Positions 29,701 through 44,851 of a stretch of DNA of 64,000 bases are shown piece after piece. The DNA comes from an uncultured Nitrospiraceae bacterium. GTDB taxonomy: Bacteria; Nitrospirota; Nitrospiria; Nitrospirales; Nitrospiraceae. The stretch spans positions 96,001 to 160,000 of the forward strand of contig CAVPLT010000004.1 of assembly GCA_963706325.1 (NCBI GenBank), read 5' to 3'. The notes beneath the pieces were generated by a model. That model worked only from the letters and a program-made list of their open reading frames with translations, was not told the DNA's origin and searched no databases. The translations under genes were made by a program, and so were the position numbers. Numbering within the stretch: the first letter of the stretch is position 1; every line of letters begins with the position of its first letter.

Positions 29701-31976
29701 TCACAGCTTCCCAAACGTCCTCTCAAAAAACTCTTTCGTCAACTTCATGTGCTCCTCGATATCCGTCTGCAGATGCCTGGCGCCTGCTTGCCAATCATCG
29801 GTCGTGTAGCCGACGCGGCGGGCGAGGAAGATGAACTCGTCTGAGTCTGACGGCGGAAGCACAAGATCCTTGGCGTTGCCCCGCACCATGCGCAGTCCAT
29901 CGATCAAATTGCGAATGAAGAGATAGGCCTTCCGCAAGTGTTCGCCGTCCTGCCTTGCCACAATTCCGCCTTCAACCAGCCCTGAGAGCGCCTGCATACT
30001 GTTGGGCGTACGAAGCACTGGATGCTTGTGACCGTGCATGACTTGGAGGTACTGGATGGCATACTCGATGTCGACGAGCCCGCCGGCGCTGTGTTTCACA
30101 TTCACGGTGCCTGGTTCGACAAGCTGTTTCAATTGTTGCCGCCGGAGGTCGAGGGCGATATCGAGATCCCAAGGCCCGCCGCCGTACACGTATCGATCTC
30201 GGTGAGCTTCGACCTGTTTCCCCAGCGCGGCGTCTCCGGCGACGGAGCGCAGTTTGATCATGGCCTGTCGTTCGAAGGGTGCGGCCAAACCGGTGGGGCT
30301 GTAGTAGCTGACGATCTCCTCCAATGGATTGGTGAGGGAACCCTTGCCGCCATGGGGGCGCAGGCGAATGTCGAGGTGGAAGATGCCTTCCTGCTTGGCC
30401 TCGATGCCTTGCAGGAGTTCTTGCGCGAGCCGCTCAAAATATTCGCTGTTTTCTATGCCCTGTTTCCCGTTGGTGCGCCCCATGCCGCCGTAGACGAAGA
30501 GCACTTCGATGTCCGAAGCATACCCGAGCTCACGGCCTCCGAACTTGCCCATGCCGAGCACTGCAAAGAGACAGGGTTTCTTGGTTGCAAGTTGCGGTGC
30601 GCCGTATTGTTTTTTCAGCTTGGCCTGGCAGTCTCGCAGGCTGCGCTCGACGATGACTTCTGCCAGTTCCGTCAACGCTTCTGAGAAATCGGCGAGGCTT
30701 GCGGCGTCGACCATATGCTTCATATCGATCCGAAAGAGTTCCTGGTCCTTGAATCGATTCAACGTTTCTTTGCGCGCCTCCTCCGTTTTTGCTTTGGCCA
30801 TCAGGCGGTCGAGCTCCTTGCGCAGCGCCGCTTGCGGCTTGATCAGCGGGGCGTCGCGGTAGTCCTTCAGGAGCGGCAATAGATTGCCGTGCTGGCGGCG
30901 AAGAAAGTCTTCCCACAGAAAGTCGCTGGTTCCGAGTAGGCGAGCAAGGATGGGAAAGGTTTTCTTGTCGCTGAGAAACGAAAGGGCCTGTTGCTGGGCC
31001 TTGCCTTTCGTGTCCTGCACGGTCAGGTCGAGAAACTGGTCGAAGGCCTCCAGCGCCTTGGCCGGGTCCGGCGCCCAGGTCAGGGCATGGGTGAATTGTT
31101 TGATGAGCACAGCGGTGAGGCGCAGCTGTTGTTGATCGACGGGATCGGTCAGCTTCTGGCCGTGACGATTGCGGACATAGAAACGGTCATGCAGCTTGCC
31201 GCCCTCGATCGAGAATTGTGCTTTGGCAATGTAGATGTTCCGCATCGCCAAGGCGTTGGCGAAGGCGTAGAGAAACGCAGGAGTATCATCCGACTGGATA
31301 TCCATGACGGTATCGGTCGGAGATTGGCTATTGTCGAAGGTGATCTGAACGGTGTGAAGGAGTCCGCTGAACGAACTGCGGCGTTTTCCGAGGTACTCGA
31401 CGAGTTGCCGGTTCACGGCTTGACGGGCTTCGTCGAACTGGTTCGGCATCCAGGAGCGTAATCATCTGCGTGAGTTCGGCGACTAGTCGGCTGCGATCGT
31501 CTGAATCGAATGTCGCACCGCGCACGGGTTGCACGCGAAAGACATCGACGATTTTTTTGCGGCTCAGGCCCGGGCGGATCTTTCGGGCGCGCGCGCGGGC
31601 TGTCCGTCCATGAGGGGCGCGCGGCAGCGGAGGAAGTTCCCTCGATAAATGTGTAGATCTGACCTTCTTCGATGTTCAACCCGAAGGCGGAGAGGAGGCC
31701 GCAGATCGTGGCAAATTCTGAAAAGTAGTCATAGGCGACGATGGTGATGGTGCAGTGATCGCCGGTGGTATCCTCGATGGACAGTTCGCAGGGGTGGTCC
31801 GGCGAGAGCGTGGCCGCCTGCTTGATGTGGGCTGCGAGAGTCTTCGGAGGGAATGCCGTGAAATAGTCCGGGTCCATCCGCGTGACGAAGTCTTGCAGAA
31901 TGTCGCTGGGCACGCCATGGCAGAGCGGCGTCAGGGTGGCGAGGATCTGGTCTCGGTCGGCGTCAGCTGGCGGCAT
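29701..31976 (-). CDS. glnE: ACT-domain + single GlnE-type nucleotidyltransferase protein; two apparent frameshifts (~31580, ~31441)
   Basis: The N-terminus is GlnD-ACT-like (RMDPDYF, IVAYDYFSEFATICGLLSAFGLNI; IQSDDTPAFLYAFANALAMRNIYI...DRFYV). The C-terminus has GMGKFGGRELGYASDIEVLF, DIRLRPHG, FERQAMIK and NVKHSAGGLVDIEY. It is split over ORFs 31413..32096, 31328..31534 and 29701..31449. Confidence 0.75.
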
Positions 31977-32046
31977 GATTTCTCGGGAGTATACCCGAAG
32001 CTCGTTTCGTTGTACCGGAAGAATTGCGCCAGTATAATGCGGCCCC

Positions 32047-35866
<3,820 letters not shown>

Positions 35867-36177
35867 ACCCAATCCTCCTTCTGGTGATGAGCGTCGAGCC
35901 CCAATGTACAGTTGTGTAAAGCTGGTAAATCAGCTTTGACGTGTTACCGCAGGGGCTACCTGCAGTAAACTCGATGCATAGATAGCGCTAGCACGAGGCA
36001 AGTCAATGGATGGAACTATAAAATTATTTCAGGGCGAGATGCAATGGGATAATAATTCGCAAACGCTTGATTCTATACGATATGGATCTTCATCGCTGTC
36101 TGTCATGAAGAAAAAACGACCGGACATCGATACCTGCAGCCTGTTCGACGCCTCCAATGCCAGAGGTGTTTGGCATG

Positions 36178-37731
36178 TTATGGGGCGAATGGCTGCGTGA
36201 TTCCGGCAACATACCTCAAGATTCGGTGCGTCATCTGCTGGGCAACCTCGCTGGACCGCGCGGTTCGCAATTGTGGAGCATTGTAGTCGTCGAGGCCCCA
36301 ACTCCATTGAATGGTCCCCGTTGCAAACACACGAGCTCCGCTGAGCGTTTCATAAACAGTCATGTCCCCGTACAGGGTTCTTCCGTCGCCTGGATAGGGA
36401 GAATGGGCAAGGACGGTCAAGCCGGCTGGTCCGTCGGGAAACGCCCGGTCAATTTCGTAGCCGAGTAGGCCTGGTAGACGATGGTCCGCCGGAAACTTTA
36501 TGCCGGCGAAGAGGGGGTGGGTTGGCAGGGTCACGAGGACATCCCCATCCACTGGCACCGTCTCATACATAACGCCTATCAGCCTATGTTCCGGTCGGTT
36601 CACCGGTTGGTCGCGCCATTGCACCGTGATCAAATGATCATTTGATGCATCCCTATCCAGAGCATAGGGATCCTCCGTCAGAGCCATCTCTTTGTACGCA
36701 ACCATGGTTCGGTTCGGCTCGCCGGTGACTGAGCTGGGCTCCAGCCGGATCTGCCAGTAGCAGGTATTGGCGGAGAAGAAGCCGAGCCCAACCCCCTGGT
36801 CACGAGCCTCTTCCACATGGCGCCGCATAGCATGAGACCAGTATTCATCGTGGCCCACCGACAGCCAGGCCTTGTGCCCCTTCCAGAAATCCGCGCGGCT
36901 ATGTGTGTCGATGTCGGTACTGTAAGTGACGTCGTAGCCATTGCGCTCAAGCCAACGCACCATATTGTATTCCCAGCCTGCCGTTGAGAGTGAGCGAGTG
37001 GGATGAATCGACATTGCGGTTAGAAACTCCCCGGCGCCGTTGCCGCTACCCCCGCGGGGATGTTGACTGTGGCCGTAAGGGCGGTTGAATGACACCATTC
37101 GAGCCCATTGTTCATTGAGGCTGTTGGAAGGGTACGTCGATTTGCCCCCCCAGTTGTTGTAGGCCTGGAACGTTGTGACGCTGGATTGAAAGAGAAAATC
37201 GGAACTCCGTTCGTCTTCACGGACGACGAAGATAATGTAGCTCTGTTTGCCGCTGGTCGTCCCAGTCAACTTGGCCAGATAGACGCCACTCAACCATTCA
37301 TGCGGATCGTCTGTCCGCGTGGACAATATATGGGACACGTGCCAATTGCACTCGATGAGTCCGGTCTCCGGGTCTGGTGCCGGCATGGGTTGCTGCACCC
37401 CGGGCAGGTCTATGCCCCCCTGTACTAATCGTGCACCGGTGCCTCCGTACCAGCCCATACGGTACAGCGCGATCGTCACATTCGGGTCGCTGCTGTGGAT
37501 GTACAGGTGAAGTGCATCGCCGCGCTGAATGCTAGTAGCCGAGGCATACCCCTCGACCTCGTGGTCGGCCGGGTCGGTGAGGACCCAGTCGGAGGTTCCC
37601 CGTCGCGCATTTTCCAGGGCGACCGGAGAGGCGGCTTGTGCTGGGAGGGGGTACAGAGCTGTGATGGAGGCGGTCAGTATCCAGACCGCCCCAAGGATGG
37701 AGCGAGCCGTTTTACATCCGAAGCCGGTCAA
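36178..37731 (-). CDS. Exported N,N-dimethylformamidase beta-subunit-like (DUF6605-type) protein; start uncertain
   Basis: Signal peptide ...PAQA; EVEGYASATS, YRMGWYGG, WLSGVYLAKL, TFQAYNNWGG, SVGHDEYWS, VFATGTIQWSWGL. Confidence 0.75.
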   Translation of the reverse strand: MTGFGCKTARSILGAVWILTASITALYPLPAQAASPVALENARRGTSDWVLTDPADHEVEGYASATSIQRGDALHLYIHSSDPNVTIALYRMGWYGGTGARLVQGGIDLPGVQQPMPAPDPETGLIECNWHVSHILSTRTDDPHEWLSGVYLAKLTGTTSGKQSYIIFVVREDERSSDFLFQSSVTTFQAYNNWGGKSTYPSNSLNEQWARMVSFNRPYGHSQHPRGGSGNGAGEFLTAMSIHPTRSLSTAGWEYNMVRWLERNGYDVTYSTDIDTHSRADFWKGHKAWLSVGHDEYWSHAMRRHVEEARDQGVGLGFFSANTCYWQIRLEPSSVTGEPNRTMVAYKEMALTEDPYALDRDASNDHLITVQWRDQPVNRPEHRLIGVMYETVPVDGDVLVTLPTHPLFAGIKFPADHRLPGLLGYEIDRAFPDGPAGLTVLAHSPYPGDGRTLYGDMTVYETLSGARVFATGTIQWSWGLDDYNAPQLRTARSSEVAQQMTHRILRYVAGITQPFAP

Positions 37732-38722
37732 AGTCCTTGACGTCTTTCTTGATGTACTCGCGAAGCCGCTTGATGATACGCGCTTCCAGCTGTCGCGTGC
37801 GTTCCTTGGTGATGCCATATTTGGCGCCCATATCCTCGAGTGTCAATGGGGTTTCAGAGAGAATGCGGTTGCGCAGAATATCTTCCTCGCGCTCGTCTAG
37901 GGTTTTCGTGAATTCTGCCAGTTTCCGTCGAAATAGCGCCTTAAGTTGCGTGTCAGCCAATTTCTCGTCCGCTGGCTGCTCATGAGCAGACAGCACGTCC
38001 ATCAACGTGCCGTCATTTTCTTGTCCGATCGGCTGATCGAGCGAGAGTTCCCAGCTACCCAGACGCTGGTCCATCTCAATCACGTCGCGCTCACGGACGT
38101 TCAGGCGGTCAGCCAAGAGCTTGCTGTCCGGTGCGAAGCCCTCACGTTCAAGCTTGGCTTTTTCTTTTTTTAAATTATAGAAGAGCTTCCGTTGGTCTTG
38201 TGTGGTGCCTATTTTAATCAAGCGGTAGGTGTTCAGCAGATACCGGAGAATATAGGCTCTCGCCCACCATGCGGCATAGGCATAAAATCGAACGTTTTTC
38301 GTGGGGTCGAACTTTTTAATCGCCTGCAGGAGTCCAATGTTGCCCTCCTGGATCAAGTCCATATGGTCGGCCCCGGTGTGGAGATATTCGGAGGCGATGG
38401 AGATGGACACCCGCAGGTTGGCGAGAATGAGCTTCATGGCCGCATCGCGACTGCCGCGCTGCTGATATTCCTCGAAGAGGCGAAGCTCCTCTTCCTTGGT
38501 GAGATAAGGATACCGCCGGATTTCCGTCAGGTATTGTTGGATTGTGGTGACAGGAACGAGAGAGGTGGAGAGCGGAGCTTCCACAGGTTCTTTTGACGCC
38601 TGCTGATCGGCCGCATCGTGCGCTTCCGTCACCTCTTCGTCAGTCGGCTCGAAGTGGTCGGGCTCGACGGCTTCTTCGGCTAGGTCTTCGTCGGATTCGT
38701 GGGTCTGCTTGCGCTCTGCCAT
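37712..38722 (-). CDS. rpoH: RNA polymerase sigma factor, RpoH/sigma32-like
   Basis: DLIQEGNIGL; RpoH-box-like KIGTTQDQRKLFYNL; region 4 TLEDMGAKYGITKERTRQLE. Confidence 0.8.
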   Translation of the reverse strand: MAERKQTHESDEDLAEEAVEPDHFEPTDEEVTEAHDAADQQASKEPVEAPLSTSLVPVTTIQQYLTEIRRYPYLTKEEELRLFEEYQQRGSRDAAMKLILANLRVSISIASEYLHTGADHMDLIQEGNIGLLQAIKKFDPTKNVRFYAYAAWWARAYILRYLLNTYRLIKIGTTQDQRKLFYNLKKEKAKLEREGFAPDSKLLADRLNVRERDVIEMDQRLGSWELSLDQPIGQENDGTLMDVLSAHEQPADEKLADTQLKALFRRKLAEFTKTLDEREEDILRNRILSETPLTLEDMGAKYGITKERTRQLEARIIKRLREYIKKDVKDFDRLRM

Positions 38723-38917
38723 GAAAATCGAAACCGTGGGTTGCCAAGGTGTGACTATACCAGATGTCAGGTACCGGACAACACGAGACTTGTCGCGACG
38801 ACGTGCGATCCCTTGCGTCTCTGAAATCCTGGCTCGTATATTGCGCCTGGTGCGCGAAATCCTGTCGGCATCGCGTGGAGCTTAAACTCCGTCGCATAAG
38901 GTCATAGAAGGTCGTAG

Positions 38918-40147
38918 ATGGCTGTGAACAAGCTAGGTGGAGCGCTCCGCATGGGACATTGGCCGACGCTGCTCGGCGCCTGGCTGCACCTCACTGTGAG
39001 TTTCATGGTGTGGCTGCTGTTCGGGGCATTGGCCGTCGCCATCGGAGAGGAACTTCAGCTCTCGGCGACCGAACGGAGTGTGTTGGTGGCGCTGCCCTTG
39101 CTGGGCGGCGCACTGCTGCGGATCATAGCCGGATGGGCCTGCGATTGGTATGGCGCGAAGCGGACCGGCCTTCTGGTGCTGGGGCTCCAGCTGATCGCGG
39201 TCTCGTGGGCGGTCGTCGGCGGAAACAGTTATGGCGAAGTGCTCGGCATCGGTGTTTTGCTCGGCGCCGGGGGAGCGAGCTTTGCGGTCGCCATGCCGGT
39301 GGCCAGTCGGGCTTACCCCACGGCGCATCAGGGCCTGGTCTTGGGATTGGTCGCCTCTGGCAATATCGGGACAGTCTTAATCCTCTTCTTGGCTCCCCGA
39401 TGGGAATCTGTCCTGGGGTGGCATGGGGCCTGTGGGCTCATGCTTCCCCCTCTGCTGCTCACTATCGCTTTATTCGCCTCAGTAGTGCGTCACGAGCCTC
39501 TTGCTCGCTCAATTCCCGGTGGCGCCTGGTGGCGGGCGGCGATAGAGATGATGCGTATTCCTTCGGTGTATTGGCTTTGCCTGATGTACGGCATTACGTT
39601 CGGCGGCTTTGTCGGACTGACGAGTTTTCTTCCCCTGCTCCTGCATGATCACTATGGCAGCGATCCCATTGTCGGTGGTTCCATCGCGGCGCTCTGTGGA
39701 TTGATGGGGAGCTTGATTCGTCCGTTGGGCGGATATGTGGCCGACCGGCGGGGTGGGCTGCGTGTGCTGGTGGCGGTGTTCGCAGTCCTCGCCCTGATGA
39801 GCACGCTTACGGCGCTGCTTCCTAGCCTGGCATGGGCCATTGGATTGTTTGCGGGGACGATTGCCGTGATGGGGTTCGGCAACGGGATCATCTTTCAGAT
39901 TGTCTCAGAATGGTTTCCCGCGGATATTGGTCTGGCGTCTGGCTTGGTGGGAGCGGCAGGCGGGGTTGGAGGGTTTCTCGTTCCTATCTGGCTCGGGTTG
40001 CTGCGCGAAAGCACGGGGACCTTCGTGCCTGGGTTTATCGGGCTCGCGCTGATCAGTATCGCCGCGGCGCTATCGGTGAATCCGGCACTGCGCTGGCGGC
40101 TGCGCAGGATGGCGCAGGCGCCGGACGTCGGCGGCTTTTCCCGTTGA
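38918..40147 (+). CDS. narK: MFS nitrate/nitrite transporter (NarK/NasA-like)
   Basis: GHWPTL...SFMVW, LLRI, GAGGASFA, YGITFGGF, RPLGGYVADR, GFGNG, GLVGAAGGVGGF. Confidence 0.75.
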   Translation: MAVNKLGGALRMGHWPTLLGAWLHLTVSFMVWLLFGALAVAIGEELQLSATERSVLVALPLLGGALLRIIAGWACDWYGAKRTGLLVLGLQLIAVSWAVVGGNSYGEVLGIGVLLGAGGASFAVAMPVASRAYPTAHQGLVLGLVASGNIGTVLILFLAPRWESVLGWHGACGLMLPPLLLTIALFASVVRHEPLARSIPGGAWWRAAIEMMRIPSVYWLCLMYGITFGGFVGLTSFLPLLLHDHYGSDPIVGGSIAALCGLMGSLIRPLGGYVADRRGGLRVLVAVFAVLALMSTLTALLPSLAWAIGLFAGTIAVMGFGNGIIFQIVSEWFPADIGLASGLVGAAGGVGGFLVPIWLGLLRESTGTFVPGFIGLALISIAAALSVNPALRWRLRRMAQAPDVGGFSR

Positions 40148-40250
40148 CAGGTGCGACGGGAAAAGGGTTAGCTGGGCGACTGAGGACAGACGCGAGAGTT
40201 GACCGTCGAGGTCGATTATCAAGAGACAAGCGAGGCAAGATTGAGGAGCT

Positions 40251-41459
40251 ATGGCGACACCGTTTAATTCGATCGAAGACGCGATCAAGGATATTAAGAA
40301 AGGAAAGTTCATCATCCTCGTTGATGATGAGGATCGCGAAAACGAGGGTGATCTTGTCATGGCGGCAGGCAAAGTGACGCCGCACGCCATTAATTTTATG
40401 GCTAAACACGCGCGCGGCTTGATTTGCCTGGCACTCACTCCGGAACGTGTTGAGGAACTGCAGCTGTCGCCGCAGGCGGTGGAGAACACGGCGACGTTCG
40501 GGACTGCCTTCACCGTTTCCATCGATGCTCGCAAGGGAATCACGACAGGCATTTCCGCTGCCGATCGCGCCGCGACGATTCAGGTGGCGATCGACTCTCG
40601 CTCAAAACCGGTGGATCTTGCTCGACCCGGTCACATTTTTCCGCTCAAATCACAGGTCGGCGGGGTGCTTCGACGCGCGGGGCAGACCGAAGGGTCGGTG
40701 GATCTTGCCCGTTTAGCCGGGCTCTATCCCGCAGGCGTCATCTGCGAAATCATGAACGAGGATGGCACGATGGCTCGTGTCCCGGAGTTGACCAAGTTCG
40801 CCAAGCAGCACAAGTTAAAGATGGTGACGATCAAGTCGTTGATCGAACACCGCATGCATCGTGAAACATTCGTGCGGCGGGCTGCCAGCGCGTTCTTGCC
40901 CACGATGTTCGGCGACTTCGAGGCCATCGCGTTCGAAAGTGAAATCGACGGGGCGACACACATTGCATTGCTGAAGGGGCAGGTGGATGCCCCCACACCG
41001 ATGCTTGTCCGGGTCCATTCCGGCTGTCTCACGGCGGATGTGTTGGGGTCGTTACGCTGCGATTGCCGCGAGCAACTCCACCGCGCGATGGAGATCATTC
41101 AGAAAGACGGTCGCGGCGTCCTGCTTTATCTCAATCAAGAGGGACGCGGGATTGGCCTGCTGAATAAGATCAGAGCCTATGGGTTGCAGGACCAGGGGAG
41201 CGACACTGTCGAAGCGAATCTGCAGCTCGGCTTCAAGGCCGATCTGCGCGATTATGGCGTCGGCGCGCAAATCCTGGTGCAACTCGGGCTGCATCGGATT
41301 CGCTTGATTACCAACAATCCGCGAAAGATCGTCGGTATTGAGGGATACGGATTGAAAGTTGTCGAACGGGTGCCGATCGAGATCGCCCCCCGCGCCGACA
41401 ATGAAAGATATCTCCGCACGAAGAAGTCCAAGCTCGGTCATCTGCTAAAAAAAGTCTAG
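40251..41459 (+). CDS. ribBA: Bifunctional DHBP synthase / GTP cyclohydrolase II
   Basis: [46 protein letters not shown]. Confidence 0.97.
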   Translation: MATPFNSIEDAIKDIKKGKFIILVDDEDRENEGDLVMAAGKVTPHAINFMAKHARGLICLALTPERVEELQLSPQAVENTATFGTAFTVSIDARKGITTGISAADRAATIQVAIDSRSKPVDLARPGHIFPLKSQVGGVLRRAGQTEGSVDLARLAGLYPAGVICEIMNEDGTMARVPELTKFAKQHKLKMVTIKSLIEHRMHRETFVRRAASAFLPTMFGDFEAIAFESEIDGATHIALLKGQVDAPTPMLVRVHSGCLTADVLGSLRCDCREQLHRAMEIIQKDGRGVLLYLNQEGRGIGLLNKIRAYGLQDQGSDTVEANLQLGFKADLRDYGVGAQILVQLGLHRIRLITNNPRKIVGIEGYGLKVVERVPIEIAPRADNERYLRTKKSKLGHLLKKV

Positions 41460-41618
41460 CCACGCCCATTCGGGTCACCGTTGTATCGCCATTCCCGAGC
41501 GGATCGTGGTTCGAAGCGACCGGAAACGTGTAGCCATTTGAGGCCTATTCCAGGTATGATCTCCGTTCTTTCTTCGACACACACAATTCATGAGACGTCC
41601 AAACCGTCACGCAATGTA

Positions 41619-42164
41619 ATGAAGCTCCGCAAAGGGTCCCATGACGCGACGGGTCTGACCTTCGGCATTGTTGCGAGCAAATTCAATAAGTTTGTAACCA
41701 GCCGGTTGCTGGCGGAATGTGTAAAGGCGCTGACCAGGGCCGGAGCGAGAGATGAGTCCATCGAGGTCGTGCGGGTGCCGGGCGCGTTTGAAATTCCGTT
41801 GGTGGCCCGCCAGCTCGCCCGATGCGGCCGATTTGATGCGGTGATCTGTCTTGGCGCCGTCATTCGCGGTGATACGCCCCATTTTGAATACATCAGTACC
41901 GAAGTCAGCCGAGGGATCATGCAGGCTTCCATGGAGGCCAATGTGCCGGTGGTGTTCGGCGTCTTGACGACCGAGACCGTGGCCCAGGCGATCGAGCGCG
42001 CGGATCCAATGAAAATGAATCGCGGGGCTGATGCAGCGAAAACGGCGGTCGAAATGGTGAATGTCATGCGGCTGCTTGGTAAAGAAGTGAGCGGGGAGGC
42101 GTCAACATCAACGGCTACTCCTCCGCGACGTGCCACGCGAACCGCCGCGAGGCAAAAGCGCTGA
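41619..42164 (+). CDS. ribH: 6,7-dimethyl-8-ribityllumazine synthase
   Basis: [27 protein letters not shown]. Confidence 0.96.
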   Translation: MKLRKGSHDATGLTFGIVASKFNKFVTSRLLAECVKALTRAGARDESIEVVRVPGAFEIPLVARQLARCGRFDAVICLGAVIRGDTPHFEYISTEVSRGIMQASMEANVPVVFGVLTTETVAQAIERADPMKMNRGADAAKTAVEMVNVMRLLGKEVSGEASTSTATPPRRATRTAARQKR

Positions 42165-42177
42165 CCGGCGCTGCACT

Positions 42178-42651
42178 ATGGCCTCCCGACATCAAGCCCG
42201 TGAACGGGCGGTACAGGTTCTCTTTCAATACGACATTCATGGCCAGGCGGGCCCGTGGCTGGACGATTTCTGGATCCAGTATCCCCTTGCCGAGGAGTTA
42301 CGGGTCTTTGCGGAACGACTGGTCGAGGGCGTCCGGACCCATAGAAAAGAATTGGACGCACTGATCAGTAGTTATGCGACCAACTGGAAAATCGGCCGTA
42401 TGCCGATCATCGACCGCAATATCTTGCGTATGGGCTGTTTTGAGTTGCTGCACCTACCCGAGGTGCCTGCCAAGGTCACGTTGAATGAGTCGATCGAGCT
42501 GGCCAAAAGTTTCGGCGATGAGGAGGCTTCTAAGTTCGTGAATGGGATTCTTGATAAGGTGCTCAGTTCTGATACCCGTCTGGAACGGAAGCGCGCCTTT
42601 CCCGAACTGCCGGTGGTGGGGAATGACCGCAACGTGAAGGGTGACGCGTGA
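42178..42651 (+). CDS. nusB: Transcription antitermination factor NusB
   Basis: [36 protein letters not shown]. Confidence 0.95.
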   Translation: MASRHQARERAVQVLFQYDIHGQAGPWLDDFWIQYPLAEELRVFAERLVEGVRTHRKELDALISSYATNWKIGRMPIIDRNILRMGCFELLHLPEVPAKVTLNESIELAKSFGDEEASKFVNGILDKVLSSDTRLERKRAFPELPVVGNDRNVKGDA

Positions 42652-42712
42652 AGACTTCTGAGGGATGGCTCGTGTGTGCGTCCTCACGAAGTAGGAACGA
42701 CGAGAAACTACG

Positions 42713-44047
42713 ATGATTGATCGCTATACCCGTCCCAGGATGAGTGCCATTTGGGACATTCAGCACAAGTACGAAATCTGGTTGGAAGTGGAGCTGCAAG
42801 CCTGTGCTGCCTTCGAGCGCGAAGGGCAAATTCCCCGTGGAACGAGCGCCCGCATCCGCAAGAAGGCCATCATCGATGTGGCGCGCATTGCAGAGATTGA
42901 AAAGGTCACAAAGCACGATGTCATCGCCTTTCTGGAATCGCTCATGGACTCCGTGGGGCCGGAGCATCGCTTCCTCCACATGGGGTTGACCTCCTCCGAC
43001 ATTGTCGATACCTCGCTGGCGGTGCAAATGACCGAAGCGCTGGATCTGATCCTCGAAGATCTCGACGAGTTGATCGTCGTCTTGAAGCAGCGTGCGCTTG
43101 AGCATCGCCATACGGTGATGGTGGGACGCTCGCACGGCATCCACGGCGAGCCAGTGTCGTTCGGGTTCAAGTTGGCGATCTGGTATGAGGAAGCTTGCCG
43201 GCATCGGACCAGGCTCCAAGCGGCTCGAAAAGATATCGCGGTGGGAAAACTGTCGGGAGCGATGGGAACCTTCGCGCATCAAGGTCCGGACATCGAAGAG
43301 TATGTCTGCGTCAAGATGGGGCTGGCGTCGGACCCGGTCTCAAATCAAATCGTGCAACGCGACAGGCATGCGGCCTATGCCTCGGCCTTGGCGCTGCTGG
43401 CGGCCAGCATCGAAAAAATCGCCACGGAGATTCGCCACCTGCAGCGGACGGAAGTGTTGGAGGTAGAGGAATACTTTTCCGAGGGACAGAAGGGCTCATC
43501 GGCCATGCCCCATAAACGGAATCCGATCGCCTCGGAAAACCTCTGCGGCTTGGCACGCTTGGTACGCGGCAACAGTCTGGCGGCGATGGAAAATGTGGCC
43601 CTCTGGCACGAGCGTGATATCAGCCACTCCTCGGTGGAGCGGGTGATCATGCCGGACAGCACCATTCTGGTCGATTACATGCTGGCCCGTGTGACCGATG
43701 TGGTGAAAAATCTGATCGTCTATCCCGAGCGCATGAAGCGAAATATGGAACTGACCGGGGGGCTGGTGTTCTCTCAGCGGCTGCTGCTGGCGCTCATCGA
43801 GAAGGGGGCGCAGCGGAAAGAGTCCTACGAGGCGGTCCAACGCAACGCCATGACGGCTTGGAAAGGCGGGATCGGGTTCCGGGAACTGGTCAGCCAGGAC
43901 GCGTTCATTACGACCCATTTGAAGCCCAGCGAGATCACGGCATGTTTCGATCCCATGTATTATTTGCGGCACCTCGATCAAGTGTTCCGTCGCGTGTTCG
44001 GTGCCCGCGCGGTGACCTCGTCGCGGCGCAAAAGGAGGCGGGTATGA
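42713..44047 (+). CDS. purB: Adenylosuccinate lyase
   Basis: MIDRY, TKHDV, GLTSSD, GSSAMPHKRNP. Confidence 0.97.
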   Translation: MIDRYTRPRMSAIWDIQHKYEIWLEVELQACAAFEREGQIPRGTSARIRKKAIIDVARIAEIEKVTKHDVIAFLESLMDSVGPEHRFLHMGLTSSDIVDTSLAVQMTEALDLILEDLDELIVVLKQRALEHRHTVMVGRSHGIHGEPVSFGFKLAIWYEEACRHRTRLQAARKDIAVGKLSGAMGTFAHQGPDIEEYVCVKMGLASDPVSNQIVQRDRHAAYASALALLAASIEKIATEIRHLQRTEVLEVEEYFSEGQKGSSAMPHKRNPIASENLCGLARLVRGNSLAAMENVALWHERDISHSSVERVIMPDSTILVDYMLARVTDVVKNLIVYPERMKRNMELTGGLVFSQRLLLALIEKGAQRKESYEAVQRNAMTAWKGGIGFRELVSQDAFITTHLKPSEITACFDPMYYLRHLDQVFRRVFGARAVTSSRRKRRRV

Positions 44048-44838
44048 ACATGTGGGCGATGGGAAGAATGACGTTGATGGTGGCGCTGCTCCTGGCGGCG
44101 ACAGCTTGGCCGGTGCATGCGGCCGATCGGGACAAACTACTGACCGACCCTGGTGTGTACGGCACTTTCGCCGCATTTCAAATGGATCACGACTGGTGGG
44201 ATCTTCCGGGAGAGGCCCGTGTCATCGCGGTGTCGGAAGCGAAGAAGTTGATTGAGCAATTCTCGAGTCAGCTGGTTATCGAGTCCTATCTTCTCCGCGG
44301 GTTATCAGATCATGCCGATTTCATGTTCAGAGTGCACGCTCATGGCCTCTCGGATACCCAACAGTTTCTGACCTCACTCTTGGGAACTCGGTTTGGTCGG
44401 CATCTCGTCGCCACCAGCTATTTGCATGGCCTCACAAAAAAAGCCGCTTATGTGGCGGGGTTTTCCGACCAGATGAAGAAGGAGTTGCAATCGCCAAGCG
44501 AGGTGCCGACGAAACCTTATGCGATCGTGATTCCGATCAGAAAAGATGCGGATTGGTGGGCTCTGGACCAGGACACTCGTCGTACGCTTATGCAAGAACA
44601 TACTCAGGCCGCGTTGCCCTATATGAGCGCAGTGAAGCGAAAGCTCTATCACTCCAGCGGACTGGATGACTTTGATTTCATCACCTATTTTGAGACGGAA
44701 AAGCTGGAAGAATTTCACGCACTGATCCGCGCGCTCGAGCAGGTGAAGGAATATCGACACAATCGACGCTTCGGACATCCGACATTGCTGGGGACCGTGA
44801 GACCGCTCGACGACATTCTTGAATTGTTCGCGCGGTAG
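44044..44838 (+). CDS. cld: Periplasmic chlorite dismutase (Nitrospira clade I type)
   Basis: Signal peptide, then ADRDKLLTDPGVYGTF...; IPIRKDADWW, proximal EHT and distal Arg in KRKLYHS. It closely resembles the N. defluvii Cld sequence as recalled. Confidence 0.9.
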   Translation: MNMWAMGRMTLMVALLLAATAWPVHAADRDKLLTDPGVYGTFAAFQMDHDWWDLPGEARVIAVSEAKKLIEQFSSQLVIESYLLRGLSDHADFMFRVHAHGLSDTQQFLTSLLGTRFGRHLVATSYLHGLTKKAAYVAGFSDQMKKELQSPSEVPTKPYAIVIPIRKDADWWALDQDTRRTLMQEHTQAALPYMSAVKRKLYHSSGLDDFDFITYFETEKLEEFHALIRALEQVKEYRHNRRFGHPTLLGTVRPLDDILELFAR

Positions 44839-44851
44839 GGGAGGATAGAGA

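Noticed and set aside
31545..31590. A7 run near the glnE-like frameshift as a programmed slippage site
   Set aside because: The frame change appears to lie upstream of the run (~31580), and a second shift at ~31441 has no slippery sequence; sequencing error or decay is more likely.
35900..36060. CIRCE element upstream of groES
   Set aside because: Only a half-site-like GTGCTAG; no TTAGCACTC-N9-GAGTGCTAA inverted repeat.
38723..38917. Searched for the hairpin-pair motif upstream of the narK-like gene
   Set aside because: Only a partial GGACAAC with no matching stem or terminator; no support for regulon membership.
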